In this document: positions 63,011 through 64,000 of the stretch, in pieces | Layout of the letters: each line of letters opens with the position of its first letter | Numbering within the stretch: the stretch's first letter is position 1 | Source of the DNA: Octopus sinensis | Taxonomy: Eukaryota | Length of the DNA: 64,000 nucleotides | NCBI RefSeq assembly: GCF_006345805.1 | Contig: NC_043005.1 | Location: forward strand, 98,456,001-98,520,000 | Direction: 5' to 3' | Translations under genes and position numbers: made by a program | The notes under the pieces: generated by a model | Seen by the model: the letters and a program-made list of their open reading frames with translations, nothing else | What the model was told of the DNA's origin: nothing | Database searches by the model: none

Positions 63011-63619
63011 ATGAGCAGTGGTGTCAGTGTAATCAGCCTCTTTCCAGTTTCCCATAATTGTTTAGAAGTATTTATTTGCTCTGTTAGTCATCATACAAAC
63101 TCAATATGCAAATGATTATAATGTTTTTTTCTCTCTCTCTCTTTTGGTAGCAAGCAATTTCTTTCTCTCAATCAATCCATATATATCTTTCTCTTGGTAG
63201 CTTCATCAAAAGATTAACTCAGAGAAGTAATTGATTATTGTCAAAACTGACACCTCATGAAAGTGCTGTATTGTTCCTTGTTTCTCAAAGAATTTACTGC
63301 TCTTTAAACCTTTAGCATTCAGACTCCTCTGTCAATTGTAATACATATTTGTTCACGTTGTTTTGAATGAACCATGGATTATCTTGTAGTTTCAAGATTT
63401 TGATGATGTAATTGTTTATATTTACAATGACATTTGGACAAAGAATGAAAGGCAGGATATAGCTGAATTGAACAGGTAGGATATTTTGACTGGCTATGGC
63501 TGGTTTAAACTAAAAGCCTAAACTAAGCAACTAATTATTATTTCTGATATTTTTATTATTATAAAGGCTCCCCCTTAACTGCTTCAAATTGTATAAATGT
63601 TCTCTCTCTTGGTCACCAG

Positions 63620-63702
63620 TCAAACACGAATATCCACATCCTATTTTGACAAATATGACTGAAGAGAGAGAAGTTCAAAGAACTTTTACCACTACTGACA
63701 AT
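63620..63702 (+). CDS. Weak candidate coding exon (83 nt)
   Basis: ttctctctcttggtcaccag acceptor; open KHEYPHPILTNMTEEREVQRTFTTTDN; gtaagg donor. No family recognised. Confidence 0.2.
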
Positions 63703-64000
63703 GTAAGGATTCTCTCTTTTCAAGAAGAGAGCAACCTTGTGTCTGAAATTTGATGTTGCTTAATAGCAAAATGTTGAATGTAATGGATGTCTGAAGGTTG
63801 GAGAGAAATTAGGCAAGTGTGCTCTACTCAGAGTTAGTGTGCATGAATGACAACATACAAATGAGTCGAGAAAGAAAAATTCAGGTATTAGAGGAAATAG
63901 ATGTAGTGTAGGGCACTGCCCAAAGACTGTAGATTAACTGTAGACAAGAACTTCACTATGGGCTAACTAGTAGTGAGCTAGTTTGCAAAACAAGGGGACT

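Overview
AT-rich eukaryotic genomic DNA, dense in microsatellites and transposon relics. The repeat repertoire (tRNA-derived SINEs, RTE LINE 3' ends with (GAT)n tails, Lep1-like Helitrons) suggests an octopus/coleoid genome; this is inference from recall, not a search. No intact protein-coding gene is evident, and most of the ORF track is microsatellite or antisense-TE artefact. Recognisable elements: a Mag-lineage Ty3/Gypsy element (3016-6403) with 5-bp TSD, deleted integrase core and no tRNA PBS, but a perfect 16-nt self-complementary PBS (candidate self-priming); a CsRn1-like Gypsy relic with tRNA-Trp PBS (29624-32247); a GalEa-type Copia relic (~44700-47300); HERO, RTE, Penelope and Tc1 relics; five non-autonomous Helitrons and a helicase 3' remnant; about 20 SINE copies; several MITE-like inverted repeats. 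The two strongest leads are (1) short Penelope-like or retrozyme-like units carrying minimal type I hammerhead folds, including three copies with a compensatory G3-C8 core swap (GUGAACA), two of them forming a 281-bp palindrome, and (2) the self-priming Gypsy. A few weak host-exon candidates are noted. Boundaries of degenerate relics are approximate.
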